A program made the translations under genes and the position numbers. A stretch of DNA of 64,000 nt from the human T2T-CHM13v2.0 reference genome, Homo sapiens, in assembly GCF_009914755.1 (NCBI RefSeq), contig NC_060925.1; one strand, given 5' to 3'. Position 1 is the stretch's first letter. Every line of letters begins with the position of its first letter. Positions 1 to 48,652 of this stretch are shown in pieces. The notes beneath the pieces were generated by a model. That model was not told the DNA's origin and made no database searches. It saw only the letters and a list, made by a program, of their open reading frames with translations.

Positions 1-1852
1 ACATACTATACAGAATTGAAAGATGCCAATTTTTGCTATCAAAAGTGCTGAAGTTATAATTTCCTAATACAGACTATTGAAATGCACAGAAAGACTACAA
101 TAGGCAATCTATAGCAGGGCTAACAAAGTATTTCTATATCTCATGTCTATTAATTACCCTTCCTCCATCTTATATAATATTCCATCTTCAGTAATGAACT
201 TTTATCTAATTAAGAAATCCCCCAGTTTATAAAATCTGAGGGCAATTTCCAGTGAACTTTGTCAGGATAGAGGAACCAAATGACCACAGGTATTACTGAG
301 TTATAATAAGAAGGAGTAACCAATTAATCAGTATTATAACAACAAAATTGCTGCAAGGCAATAGGCTTCTGTAATTAAACATAAATCACAAAGGTATGGA
401 TTCAGGCATCAAAATAGTGACGTGATTTCACTGAGTATCAACTAGTATTTGCAAAGCTACTTGAATTTTTCTGTTGATCTTCACTTGTTGTTAAATAATG
501 ATAGTTTTGATGGTGGTAAAACTTCATTTTTCAAGTGCAGGATGATCTGAGCTGAATGAGAAAAAAAGTAATTAAGGGAGGGAATAAAGGTAGGCCTGGC
601 ATCAGTTTGAACAATATATTTTTTTCTTCTGTTTTTGATCGTAAGAGGGCTTATATCTCCAAGGTTACCACAATAAAGTCATAACCATGCCAGCCATTTT
701 AAGGATTTCAGGATTAATCAAGACCAAGAAAGATGAAATGATGAATTACAAACCAAGCCATCACTACTACAAAGTTCCATGAGTGATAATTCTGTTACCC
801 ATATCCCAGGCAGCAATATGTTTAAATTACAAAGACAGTGACATATATATTGTCAAAAAATTTTACTGTTACTTATTATTTAAATTTAAAAATTTTATAA
901 TTTTACATTTTGTAATTATTTATTTAAAAGTGGCATATTTTATTAAAAGGAACACTGGAAATATGGATACTTTTTGAGAAGTAATCTTCATCTTCACTTG
1001 TAGATATTATGGAGAAACCAGATTTCTACATCAACTAATGGAAAATTAACCACTTATGAGCCTAGTTCCAATTCAAATAAAGGACATACATACAAATGTT
1101 AGGACTGATTCTGTCCATTCAGTTAAAATATTTCCATTCCTGAATTATTAGCTACTGAAATTCTAAAAATGCTCATTTTTCTGGGTATCTTAACTTAAAA
1201 GATTTATTAGCTGTTCAGATGCTGTTTATATTAATTGACATTTACAAAGAGCATAGAGACCAAAGACAATATACACTATAGTATGTAAGACCTTTATCTC
1301 CTTCTAAATGCTCTAAGCAAACTATAAAATTTAGTAATTCTATTTAGATCTTCTTAGATAACTTGCAGGTGTCTTGAGTGTCTCAGTCTGCTTTCTCTCT
1401 TCAAATTTTTTCCATTCTAAACAGCATTTTTTGCCTCCTAGTAATAATCCTGTAGAATTTTAAAAACAGACAAAAAAACACCAAACCCAGATTCTATGCT
1501 TTATTCATTTTGCATTAAGATGACCAAAGAAATAAAACCTAAATAAAATAAACATAAAATCATTTTTCCCTATTTAAATACTGATAATTTCTATTAACCC
1601 TATTTTTAATTTAGGGAGTTTTATATTCATATTGTCAAGATATCCAGTGCACAAGTTTCTGCAGAATCACTAATTTTATTATAAAGCTTCCTCTCCCCAC
1701 ACCTTAGGGGACAATGTATTTTCACTCTGACTTGTTTAAAAGACACAAGGAGGTTGGCATATTTTAAAGTTAACACATTTTTTCATTATAAAAACAGGCT
1801 TAGGTTAATGGTCACTCTCTAGCATTTGGTTACCGACTGACTGATTATCATA

Positions 1853-1885
<33 letters not shown>

Positions 1886-1886
1886 T

Positions 1887-1943
<57 letters not shown>

Positions 1944-2976
1944 CTAGGTTCCTGACTTTCTACTACTCATTACTGTTGGCTGATGCAAAATTTGATTGTG
2001 CAACATACATCTCCTCAAGGATGAACAGGAAATGCAAAGATATAAAATTCAAAGTATTAATAGATGGTTTTGCTACTTTTTGTACTTTTGGTAAATGAGA
2101 TAGTTGGAAGTTAGAGGCTATTAACTAAAATAAAATTAAGGAGTAAGTAAGTTACCTGTAAATTTCATTTACTCACATTAGGACTGACTGGTCTCTCTTT
2201 ATTGGAGTTTAACAGAAAACAGACTGGACCATGACTGGCAGCTATATATTGGTCATTTTCAAATACTCCAATGACACTCTTCAATAACTTTATTATCTCC
2301 AGTTTTATGATGCCATACCATGTTTTTTCACACTGTTTAAAAATTTCCATTTCCATAATCCAATGCCAAAAAAATTACTACACATTCTCTTACACAGTCA
2401 AAAATATATTTACTGGAATGTTTTTAGTTATACCTGAGGGCAACAACATTTACAACATTTAGCTTTTGTTACACCTATAAATGTGGAAATTGCTTGCAAA
2501 ACAACTGTAATATGAAAGGAACTATATTTCTGCAAATATTGACAGAATGGTTATGCATCTCTTTCAGCATATAATTTGGTACTCTACACAGGCTTCCTGA
2601 CCCCCAGCATGACCCGCTCCCTAATGCAATAATGCAAGTCCTTATGCCATTAAAATATTAATATGAAATATTATAATCAGTGTTTATATACACAAATAAT
2701 GAACTGGCAAGTATCTAGTTTCAAATTAGATCCTTGAAATATGGAAAAATAGAGGCTAGTTCTCTTTGCCTTAAACATAATTATTAAAAGAACATTTTGT
2801 TAGAAAGGGAGAAGATAATTGGACATTCTCAACGTTCCAATTTGAAGTGATACTTGCCTCTTAGTTTCTTGAAAAAGAAGTTTTGAAAGTTATATACACA
2901 TAGGTTTCATTTAAATTATGCAGCAATCTTTTATTACTGTCCCAGATCTTGTTTAATGAAGATCTCTGTCATCAAA
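1..2976 (-). other. VAMP4: VAMP4 3' UTR (long, AT-rich; probably continues beyond window start)
   Basis: Follows the stop codon; no recognisable interspersed repeats, unlike the introns. Several AATAAA hexamers on the minus strand (e.g. 2930-2935, 2198-2203, 1675-1680), so the actual end cannot be determined. Confidence 0.7.
1853..1940. repeat. Compound microsatellite (TG)n(TA)n
   Basis: Directly visible; about 20 TG units followed by 23 TA units. Confidence 0.97.
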
Positions 2977-36886
<33,910 letters not shown>

Positions 36887-37471
36887 ATTTTTTACTTGCA
36901 AAGTATCTTTTGCTTCTCAACAGGATAGTCACCACCTTAAAGAGAAAATAAATTTCATCAGATTTGAGACTTTGGGGCATAAGCTAATGTACTTAAAACA
37001 GTGTACATGAAACCCTGTATGACAGGGACTCCCTCATTTTTCTGACTTCAATTCCTGCCCTCTCACTTGTTCCACTCCAGTGACTGGGGCCTCCATGCTA
37101 GACCTCAACACCTAAGAAATAGTTAAAATTATGAGAAAATGGATGTAATTGCCCTAAGAGAACATGTGTAGGATATGAGTGATTTAAGATTTTTATAAAA
37201 TGAAAGAGCAGAGAGTAGAGGGAGGACGTCTCACTGAGACATTAAATGCTTTACAATTTAAAGTTGGAGTCAGAAGACAGGAGAACATGCCTATTTCTCT
37301 CACTTTTAGTTGGTTGCTTAAGCAATGATTCAGTTTCCTCAGGTGTAAAATACTGATTTTCAGGCTTCTGCAGAGTTGGGACGGTCAAATTGGATAATAC
37401 ATGCAAAAATATTCTGCAAACTATAATGTCCCATTGGTACTCCATGAAAAGGGGTAAGTTTGGTAAGTACT

Positions 37472-38270
37472 GGTGTGATATCGTGATTTACAAAATATAC
37501 TCATTTGGTCTTAATCCCCATTTCCTGACATATCCTTGGAATCGCTGCAGTGATGTGTCTTGTGTATGCTAATAAGATGACTGGTAGCTTAGCCCCCAGA
37601 TAGATTCCAGATGGAGGCTGGTCACAGAAAAACCTAGGCATGATTAGAAGACTGGGACTTTACAGCCCCACCCCCTAGCTTCCTGGAAGGGGAGGAGGGC
37701 TCAAGGTTGAACTGATTTCTAATAGCCAATGATGTAATCAATCATGCCTACTAAGGAAGACTCCATAAAACCCAAAAAGGACAGGGTTCAGAGAGCTTCC
37801 CAAAAGCTGAACAAGTAGAGAGTTCCTGGACGGTGGCACACCTGGAGAGGGCACAGAAGCTCTGTACCCCTTGCCCTATGCACCTCTTCCATCTGGCTGT
37901 TGATCTCTATCCTTTATAATAAACCAGTAAACAAAGTGTTTCTCTTAATTCTGTAAGCCACTCTAGCAAATAAACTGAACACAAGGAAGGGATTGTGGGA
38001 ACTCTGATTTATAGCCAGTCAGTTGGAAACACAGGTAAAACAACCTGGAACTTGTGATTGGCACCTGAAGTGGGGGGAATCTTGTAGGATTAAGCCCTCA
38101 ACCTGCAGGATCTGATGCTATCTCTAGGTATACAGTATCAGAATTGAATTAGAGGACACCCAGCTGGAGAATCTGCTGCAGAATTTCCTCCTTGCTTGTG
38201 AGGAGAAATCTTTTGGGGGTCTGTGTTGAGAGAGAATAGGAGAAACTCAATTTTTTTCTATCAAAACAAC
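37472..38270 (+). mobile_element. MER21-type LTR
   Basis: Recalled MER21 phrases (gtatgctaata.gatgactgg; ggcatgattaga..gactttacagccccacc; gccaatgatgtaatcaatcatgcctac; tctgatgctatctc.aggta). Confidence 0.7.
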
Positions 38271-40149
38271 TGGATTAAACAAAGCTAGTTTTCTTTGCTA
38301 CAGAATGACTCACATCCTGTTATATGCTAATATGCATTGTGACTTTCCAGGAAAATGCTTGTGTATGCAACATACTAAAATTTTTTTTTGCGAAAAAGTT
38401 CTTCTATGCAAATAATGAATTTTCAGTATTTTTGACTAGATGGTAGATGAATACCCATCAATTCAGGATAGCTCAGAAATACTGAATGTTTTACTATGTG
38501 CTAGGCACGGTGCTCAGTGATACACATGCATTTTCTTTTACTCTTTATGATGCTTCTTTAAAGTAGGCACCAAGAAACTAGGAGAAAACTAAAGTTTAGT
38601 AACGATAACGTTAGTCACTACATTCATTGAAACAGCAGAGATACAGGCCTAAATTAATCAATGGCTGTGCATTATCAGTTTTAATCATTTGTTCAATTAG
38701 TTGCCCATCAGGTTTACAGAATTCTGTTCTAGAAAGACTCACTTCCTGCTAACAACCCAATAGTCCTGCTTCCTTTTCCATAAGAAGAAACACTTAGACC
38801 TTTAAATTAGGTATAGTTAGACATCAGTTTGTTTGTTAATGATATACACTTAAAAAAGAATAATCCCAGGATCTGGCTTCACGAACCAAATAAAAGTAAT
38901 GTTTTAAGTCAGCTGCTTGTCAAAACCAAAGGACACACTTTTCTTTGATAAGAAATGCTTCCAAATCAGAAATTATTCACTTGTAACAAAAACCAAATTC
39001 TTGCTGCCTGAGTAACAGCTCTTGAGTTCTTGGTTCCACAATATTTCTGTCACATACATCTGGCCCTTTTATTCCTCATACTTTGATGTCAGAATACTTC
39101 ATTCATGCAGAAATGTAACAGAATGCATGGAAAAACAGATGACAAGGCAAATTACTGAAGAACTTGTGCTTTTAACTATTATCTGTATTTAGATTTTAAC
39201 CCCTGCAATGAGGCTGCCTCAACATCCCAAAGCAAACAACGGGCAGACTTATATAATGCCTTTATAAGACATACAGTAAAACTACAATCTTAAGGATGAG
39301 CAAACACCATATTCAGGTCTCTTAATCCCAAGAAACCATGTGCAACAAATAGCCCATCAGCAAAGCAGTAGGCAGATTAATTAGCTACCTTGATGAACTT
39401 TGATGTTATTTGCAACTGATTATTAGTAACTGATATGTGTATCAAACAACTAGTAGAAATAAATCATGCTCAGAAAGTAGACTAGGATATAGTCTGCCTA
39501 AGATTTCTCCTACAAAAAAAGACATGTGAATTCAGCTGTTTGTGACTAGGTATACATGTAAATAAGAGAGCCATCATGTACTTCCACATTGAGGATAGAC
39601 CACCACTATACAATTCACTCAAATGAGTCACATCACCGTATGCTTCTTATACATCAGCATATACTTAAATGTCTATGTGTGCGTTTTTGTAAGTAGTACG
39701 TTATCTAGTCAATAGCTTTGAATCTGGGCAAAGGCTCTCCTTTTCCCAGCCTCCATTCTCTTTCTGATTCGTCTTCCTTGTCTGTCATCAGCCTTCTTGC
39801 TTGATGCAGTTTCACAGAAATAAAGTGACTTGGATGGACACAGACCGGAGATATTATTTGCAAAACCTGTCAAGTGTAACGATTCACCCCCACCTTCCGG
39901 TCATTATAAACACAGCAGGGTTGGCGCTCTTTCCCCCGGGCCCTTTAAATACACAATTTCAGGCAGCTCCGTTCACCCCCCACACCCAATCTGTCACACC
40001 AGGCCACGTCCCACGATATATCTGCTCCTAACGCTGGCCCTTCCTGCCCCATTGTACCCCCTGGAATTCCTCACTACATCCCACTCTTAACAAACCTTCC
40101 CCATCCATGGTACTGTTCTCTTCCCATCACCCCAGAGTACCCCTCAATT

Positions 40150-41000
40150 CCAATTCTTCTCTCCCTCAACTGCTCCTCGTCCGCATACCCCTGTCCTCGT
40201 CTTCCTTCCTCACGGCACCCCCGGCCCCAACCTTTTCCCACTCCGGGGTCCCTTCCTAGATCCCCGAGGCCCGCCGACCAGCCCGACTAGGACGTCGGGG
40301 GGCGGCAAGGCAGGGGCGTCTTCTTCGTTTCCTTCCTCCTCACACCAGCCCCTCCCGCTGCGAACAGGCCAGCGCCAGTACCTGAGGCTCCCGGGGAACT
40401 CCCGGCAGCTCTCCCGGGCTGGCGGTGCTGGGCGGGCGGGGGAAGGAGTAGGAAGCCGAGGTAAGAAGCTGGGAGGGGGAGACAGTTGGTGCGGACCCGG
40501 CGTCGGCCGCAGCGCCGCAGCAGCGCCTCCGCTCATCGAGCCGATCGGCGCTCGGCGGCCTGGCGCCAGGCGGAGGGGGCGGGTCCAGGGCACGGAGATA
40601 ATCGAGGAAGTCGATCCGCCGAGCCCTATTCACCTAAAAGAGCCCGAACCCACACGCAGTTTAGATGCATCTCTCCAAATTTATGCTGTGCTTTAGGGGA
40701 GGAACAACCACTGGTTGTCCACGTTCCGGTCGTGATCCGGCGTGCGTGGAGGGCGATTAGGGGAGGAGTGGGAAACTTCCGAGAACCGCTCGGGACTGGG
40801 CGCCGCGCCGGAGTGCGTGGCTGGGGTGATGAGGCGTTAGAAAGAAGGTGGTGCTTGGTGGCACATCCGTCCCTCTGGCTGACTACGTTGAGTGGCAAGT
40901 GGAGAGTGGCTCGCAGCTCGAGGACCTGCTTCGGGTTCGTCTGGGGCCTTTTCTGAAGAAAGGAGATCTGTTTGATCCCCTGTTTACAGAATTAGAGCTA
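40150..41000. promoter_or_regulatory. CpG-island promoter of VAMP4
   Basis: Abrupt high GC/CpG density; GC box GGGGCGGG 40576-40583, ETS-like GGAAGT 40606-40611 and ACTTCCG ~40775; no obvious TATA box. Confidence 0.85.
40382..40560 (-). other. VAMP4: VAMP4 exon 1 (5' UTR); TSS end approximate
   Basis: Donor CTCAG|gtactg at 40382/40381 inside the CpG island; the upstream (TSS) boundary cannot be fixed from sequence. Confidence 0.75.
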
Positions 41001-41996
41001 GACTTGGAAAGAGATGTTAAGGCCAGGCTCCTCCCTTTAGATAGGAGGAATATCTGGTTCAGAGAGGAGATTGACTTAAAGTTAACACGGCTAGTTTAGA
41101 TAGATACGGGACGAGGGCTCGGTGTTCTTTTCCCGGTATCCCTTAGTTGTAACCTGAAAGCCTTCAGGAAATCGCCCTCGCCAGGCCATTCCGCCACTCT
41201 GCCCATTCCTTCCTCACTCCCTCCCCCTCCGCCCAATTTGGTATCATGTTTAGATCTCCACGCCCGCAGTAGCTGTCTACCAGAAACAATTCCTAATTTT
41301 GTTTTTCCGTTCTCTTATTTGTTTTATTATCCGTTCCTCCCACGCCCCAGCTGGATTATTTTACTCATTGAATCATATTCACTACACATCTTTTAAAATT
41401 AATACAGTATCTATGGGTCCTTTGTTGATACAGTATTTTAACTGTCTGAAATACTGTGCCAGGCACTTTCTAAAGACATAAAAATAAGAGGGGGTGTTCA
41501 AGAACAAGAGTAGACAAGAAAACAGCAGGAGGAAAGATCTGCGGACACTAAAGGAAAGGAAAGAATAGACACCCTCTTACCAAAAAGTTGTTCTTCTTTT
41601 GTTTGATGTTTATTTTTATGTAAAAATGTACTAACGAATTTGAAAGATGCCATGACTAAGGCAACGATGCTCCACTCTGATTCACTTGGAGTTGAATCAC
41701 TTGGAAAGCTTTTAAAACTACGTAGGTGCCCACGTGCTACCTAGATTCTGATTTAAATGTTCTGAGATTTAGAAACAGCCGTTGAGTTGTCAGTTGAAGG
41801 TTCTGAAAGCTTAATGCTAAACTCAGTTGCCTGTGTTTATTCAGTCCAAGTTGCTGTCCAAGTCAGCAACTTGGACTGAAACGGCCCACTTAGAAGAGAA
41901 GCCTCTCATGGTTTGTATCCCTGTCTAGGTGTGATAGTGGGTCTACCCCCAGACTCCACAGGTAACCCTGACATTATTTTTTCTTCTACAGCTGAT

Positions 41997-42157
41997 CTTT
42001 TTTTTTTTTTTGAGATGAAGTCTCACTTCTTCCCCCAGGCTGGAGTGCAGTGACACAATCATAGCGCACAGCAGCTCTGAACTCCTGAGCTAAAGTGATC
42101 TTCCTGCCTCTGCCTCCCAAGTAGCTGGGATTACAGGCATGAGCAGCTGTGCCCAGC
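41997..42157 (-). mobile_element. Alu monomer (FRAM/FLAM-like)
   Basis: Short antisense Alu; TSD-like tacag(c/t)tgat. Confidence 0.8.
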
Positions 42158-43317
42158 ACTTACAGTTGATTTTATGTCTGTATATTTGCATGTTATGGGC
42201 TATTTTCTGGCTTTGGTGCCTTAGCCAATTAGAGTTTAGCTAGTTATAGCCTCATCTCTTAGACAACTTAAGGTGTGGTCAGTGAGCTCTAACAGGCACG
42301 TCATTGCATAGCTTTTACAGATAATCCATTCTTTGGGTTTTTTTGTTTTTTAAACATAATTCTTTAGTCCTGCCAGTCATTTTGGAATGATCGCTTAGGA
42401 GAGGGGTAATGCAAGCCCCACCCTTAATCACCTGAACAAAGTCCCTTTGACTAACCCCAATATTTGTGAAACTTAGAAAATGTCATTTTACAGTTAACAT
42501 GAATCAAATATACCAGTAAGCCTAAAAGATTATAATAGCACTGAGCTTAGAGTCAGAACTCCAAGCAACTTGAGTTACTTATTTCCTCCATTTTCTTTTT
42601 AGTGAGCTTCAGTTATTCAGATGTTAGTCCTCTAATTTTCTTTTCCCCTTTTTCAACATGACACCTTCATCCTTAAGAGGGCCTGCTGTCCTCCTAGCTA
42701 GAGAATCAGCGTTTTGCTGTCTTTCAGGACTAAATCTCTGGGTTTTTGATGGGATAGCAAAGGGAATCTCAGCATCTGATTCATTCTTAAACAGACTTTA
42801 TACCATTCCGCCTGTATTTATAGCTCACATCATGCTCTCTTCAGCTTTACGTGGTGTTTCCAATTCCTGAGCCTTATACAGGGTTTCACTGTGTGTATCA
42901 GGTTGCTTCATGGCCTGCTTGGGATTCCTACTTTTCAAGTCTGCTAAGGCAATTGCATCTTGATTCATCTCCCTTCTAGCTTTCAATATTTTGTTGCTAA
43001 ATGTTCAACATTACTTAAAATGTAAAAGTGAACAAGGAAATACCATTTTTCATCTATCAGTGACTGAGAAAGAAGGAGTTGAGCAGAAGATCTGCAATCC
43101 AGTCTCTCCCTTCGTAGGGAAATACTCTCAGGAAAGCAAGGTTAAAGCAAGCAAAAAAGCATGTGATTTTTATAAAATATAAAGTATATACTAATTACAG
43201 ACCTCCTGGCAAACAAACTAATGGCATTTGCTAGCAAGAGAGTCCATATTTACGGAATTCCTCTAACAGGATGTCCCAGGGCTGGGATTGTTTATGGTAA
43301 ACACATTAAGAATCGAT

Positions 43318-43590
43318 GTGGTAATTCCAGCACTTTGGGAGGCTGAGGCAGGTGGATCACTTGAGGTCAGGAGTTACCAGCCTGGCCAACATGGCAAAAC
43401 CCCGTCTCTACCAAAACTACAAAAATTAGCTGAGTGTGGTGGTGTACACTTGTAACACCAGCTACTCAGGAGGCTGAGGCAGAAGAATAGCTTGCACTGG
43501 AGATGCGGAGGTTGCAGTGAGCAGAGATCGCGCCACCGCCCTCCATCCTGGTCAACAGAATGAGACTCCCTCTCACAAAACAAAAAAGAA
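43318..43590 (+). mobile_element. AluS (5'-truncated)
   Basis: Alu dimer; TSD-like aagaatc(g/a)atg. Confidence 0.88.
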
Positions 43591-44345
43591 TCAATGCGGA
43601 TTTCAGGGGTATGATTAACTGGAAAATACCGCGGAAGTTATGTAACGTAGCATAAAATGGAAGTGTTTTGTAACTGATTTGGCTCCTTCTGTGTAAGTGG
43701 GGTGACTGTACACTTGATTTAGAAACCACATCTACTGTCCTGGGCCAGGATGCATCCAAAGCAAGAAGAAAGGACCTGGGGATTACTGGTATCCTTGAAA
43801 CTATTAGTAAAGCTTGATACTGAGTAAAATCTCTGATTTGAGCCTGATTTGACAGTTTGATCTTTTGTGTTAGCTCAATAGCAAAAATAAAAAAAATTTG
43901 ATACTACAATATTGGGTGTGTGTATGTGTGGTATGGGAGCAGCGTGGGAGGAACAAGCATTCTTAAACAGTAAGAGTATAAAAATTGGTGCATTTTTAAA
44001 AATTTCATGGTAATTATATGTATCAAAATTTTATATGAAGTTCTTTTTGATCTAATAATTTTACTTCTAAAATTTATCCCATGGGTATACAGGTTGTATA
44101 TAAAAGTATTCTATAAAAATATCTGTTACAGGATTTTTGTAACAGAGTGAAAAAAAAAACTCTAAATGTTCAGCAATAGGAAATTGCTGAAATGAGTCAT
44201 AGTCTAGCCATTCAATAGAATAGTATGCAGCCATTAAAATGAACTAGATAGATCTATATGTGCTGACATGGAATACCTCTATGATGCTATAAGGTGAGAA
44301 AAGTAAGGTGCAAAATAGTGTGTAGACTCTACTTCCATTTGAGCA

Positions 44346-44346
<1 letters not shown>

Positions 44347-44383
<37 letters not shown>
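44347..44383. repeat. (CA)n microsatellite
   Basis: About 18 CA units, inside an old L1 remnant (~43880-44340). Confidence 0.95.
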
Positions 44384-44384
<1 letters not shown>

Positions 44385-44412
44385 AGGAGGACTGTGAATC
44401 TGGCATGGAAAG

Positions 44413-44767
44413 TGTTATGGACTGAATTATGTCCCCTCAAAATTCATATGTTGAAGTCTTAACTTCCAGTGTGACTAGATTTGGAGATAGGGCCTTTAGG
44501 ACAATAATTAAGGTTAAATGAAATCAAAAAGGCAAAACCCTAATCCTGTAGGGCTAGTGTCTGAGTGCATGGGCACAGAGAAGAGGCCATATGAGAACAC
44601 AGAAGATGGCCATTTGCAGTCCAGAAAGAGAGGCCACACCATAAGCCAACCCTGATGACTCCTTGATCCTGGACTTTTAGCCTCTAGGACTGTGAGAAAA
44701 TAAATTTCTGTAGTTAAGCCACCTAGTCCATGGTATTTCATTATAGCAGCCCTAGAAGACTAATACA
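44413..44767 (+). mobile_element. MLT1A/B (MaLR) solo LTR
   Basis: TGTTATGGACTGAATTATGTCCCC start, GACTAATACA end. Confidence 0.85.
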
Positions 44768-46553
44768 GAAGGGAAACTTTCTTGATGTGTAGTGTTTTGT
44801 ACTATTGGAATATCTTTACCATGTATATCAGTTTTTCAATTAAAACAATGGTAGAGGCACTCTCTTCCCCTAAAATTGGGACCACTGGACCAGTTAATTT
44901 AAAAAGTCAGTTACAGTGGTACATATTTAAAAATGGCAAATATATACTTTAGTCATTTTATTTTGACTCAAATGTATATGTTCACTCACCAGTCTTGGTA
45001 GTAGGCCCAAGACCTTTTATCTGAGCATGAATTTGCTGGTTGGAACACCTGCTTTGTCTTTGTTACAAGTTGCATTGTTTACAGTTTACAGTTTCATTTT
45101 CTTCAAAGTGGAATAAGAAGTTAAAGACACCTTTCAAGCAATTTGAATGCCCAGTCAGTCTAGATTTTTGTACAATTTTTTCTCCAAAGTTTTACAGGTT
45201 TGTCTTACCTGTGCCTAGTTCTATAGTAATTTTTGTTTGTTGTTCATGTTTATCAATTTAGTTTTTATAGAAAATAACTTTCTATTTGTATTTCATTAGT
45301 TTACATATTTAAATATATTCTATAAGTATAATAGGCATAAATACTTTGGAGTACAAATGCAAATTGACTCTTGTAAGCATGTAACTCAATTAGTTTGGAG
45401 AAGAAGTATACAGATATCATGTAGTTAACCATAAGCTTTTCATGCTTAGAGTGCCTTGGTGTTATATAAATATGATATTAGTTTATTTTAGTTTTGATTT
45501 TGAATGCTTTTAAATCCTCTATCCAGATTCATTAATAACGCTTTTCTAATGCTGACCTCAACTCCTAAATGGATTTCATGACAGTGTGAATAAAAACAAA
45601 ATAGTTCAGCCCTCTTTTTGTCTCCAGGTAGATGAAGAAACAGAGTGCCAGAGAGTTTACGTGGTTTGTTAACATTTCACTAAGTTTGCTTTATTACTTC
45701 TCTTTAAATTTATATCTCCCCTCGGCATGCATTATTTGAAAATTAGTTATAGCTATCATGCCTCTTTACCCCTAAATACTTCATTAGATATCTCCTAAGA
45801 ACAAGAACATTGTCTTCATAACTGTAATTCAGTTGTCAAATTCAGAAAATTTAACATTGATACAATATTATTTTCTATCAAAGCATCCATATCAAAGTTT
45901 GCCAGCCGTCTCAGTTATGTCCTTTGCAATGTGAGTATAGTCTACAGAGAAAATAGTAATGAGTAACAAAGCAAGAGGAATTTAGTTTTTAAAGATAAGT
46001 TCAACTATAGTTTAATTATTTTTAATATATATAATAATATGGGAAATGCCCTGATGCCTTCCTCATGAAACTTTAGATGTGACATTATAAGATGGTCTCA
46101 GGGAGGTGCTTTGTTTCTCTTCTAACTGTTCTTGTTTATTGAGGTAGTGACATGTTGCAAGAATTTTATCTTGGAGAAATTACCTCCCACAAAGATGGCA
46201 ACATTAGAAGAACCTGCATAATAATATGCTCTAATTGTGTTACAAATTTATTTTACTACTCTGAAAGTTAAAAATGGTTACCATTTATTTTCTTGGTTTC
46301 ATGCCTGTTTTCTTAAGAACTATGCTTAATGATTAGCATATGTTTCTGCACAAATCCTCTCTGATATCAAGTGTCATTTTCCTCATTTTATCATTTAGAC
46401 CTCAAGGTTCTGAGATGACGTGTGATTTGTCCAAGGTTAGAGAATGGTACAACTGAGAACACTAGAAAATATCGCAGAGCAATAAGCTTAAATTGAGATA
46501 AATATTTTCTCTAAATGAATCACATGCTTTTCCCTTATAATAGAGATTAGGCG

Positions 46554-46829
46554 GCTGGGCGCGGTGGCTCGTGCCTGTAATCCCAGCACTTTGGGAGGCC
46601 GAGGCGGGCGGATTGCCTGAGGTCAGGAGTTTGAGACCAGCCTGGCTAACACAGTGAAACTCCATCTCTACTAAAAATATGAAAAAATTAGCCCGGCGTG
46701 GTGGCACACACCTGTAGTCCCAGCTACTCGGGAGGCTGAGGCAGGAGAATCGCTTCAACCTGAGAGGTAGAGGTTGCAGTAAGCCAAAATCGTGACACTG
46801 CACCTGGGCGACAGAGGGAGACTCCATCT
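46554..46829 (+). mobile_element. AluS lacking poly(A) tail
   Basis: Alu dimer ending at gactccatct with no A tract. Confidence 0.88.
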
Positions 46830-47196
46830 TTAGACGGAGAATCCATCAAGCATAATGTCTTGTTATGATCGCACTTGATTCAAGAGGCTTTAGTCTGCTT
46901 AAGGTAAAATACAACTGTAATTTCTTGCTGAAGATGGTAATATTTATCTTGAGTGAAGACTGTACTTTCAGGGTACAACAAACTATAACATAGAACTGTG
47001 TTATAGTTCTATAACAAACTATAGAAATGATCTATAGTTTGTTAATCTTGGGTGCTATATCAAAGTGAATCAATTTGTCCATCAGATATGTGTGACAGGT
47101 ATTCTGTTAAAGTCTGGGGATACAAAAATGGCAAACAGTGTTACTGTCCTCTTAAAAACTTACAATCTTGCACAGAAAAACAAGACTAGGCAACTA

Positions 47197-48652
<1,456 letters not shown>

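Noticed and set aside
1856-2098. 80-aa ORF with VCVC/YIYI runs
   Set aside because: Translation of the microsatellite, antisense to the VAMP4 3' UTR.
40486-41099. 156-aa and 83-aa plus-strand ORFs in the CpG island (possible divergent gene)
   Set aside because: Long ORFs are expected in GC-rich DNA; no ATG start, no recognisable domain and no supportable splice structure.
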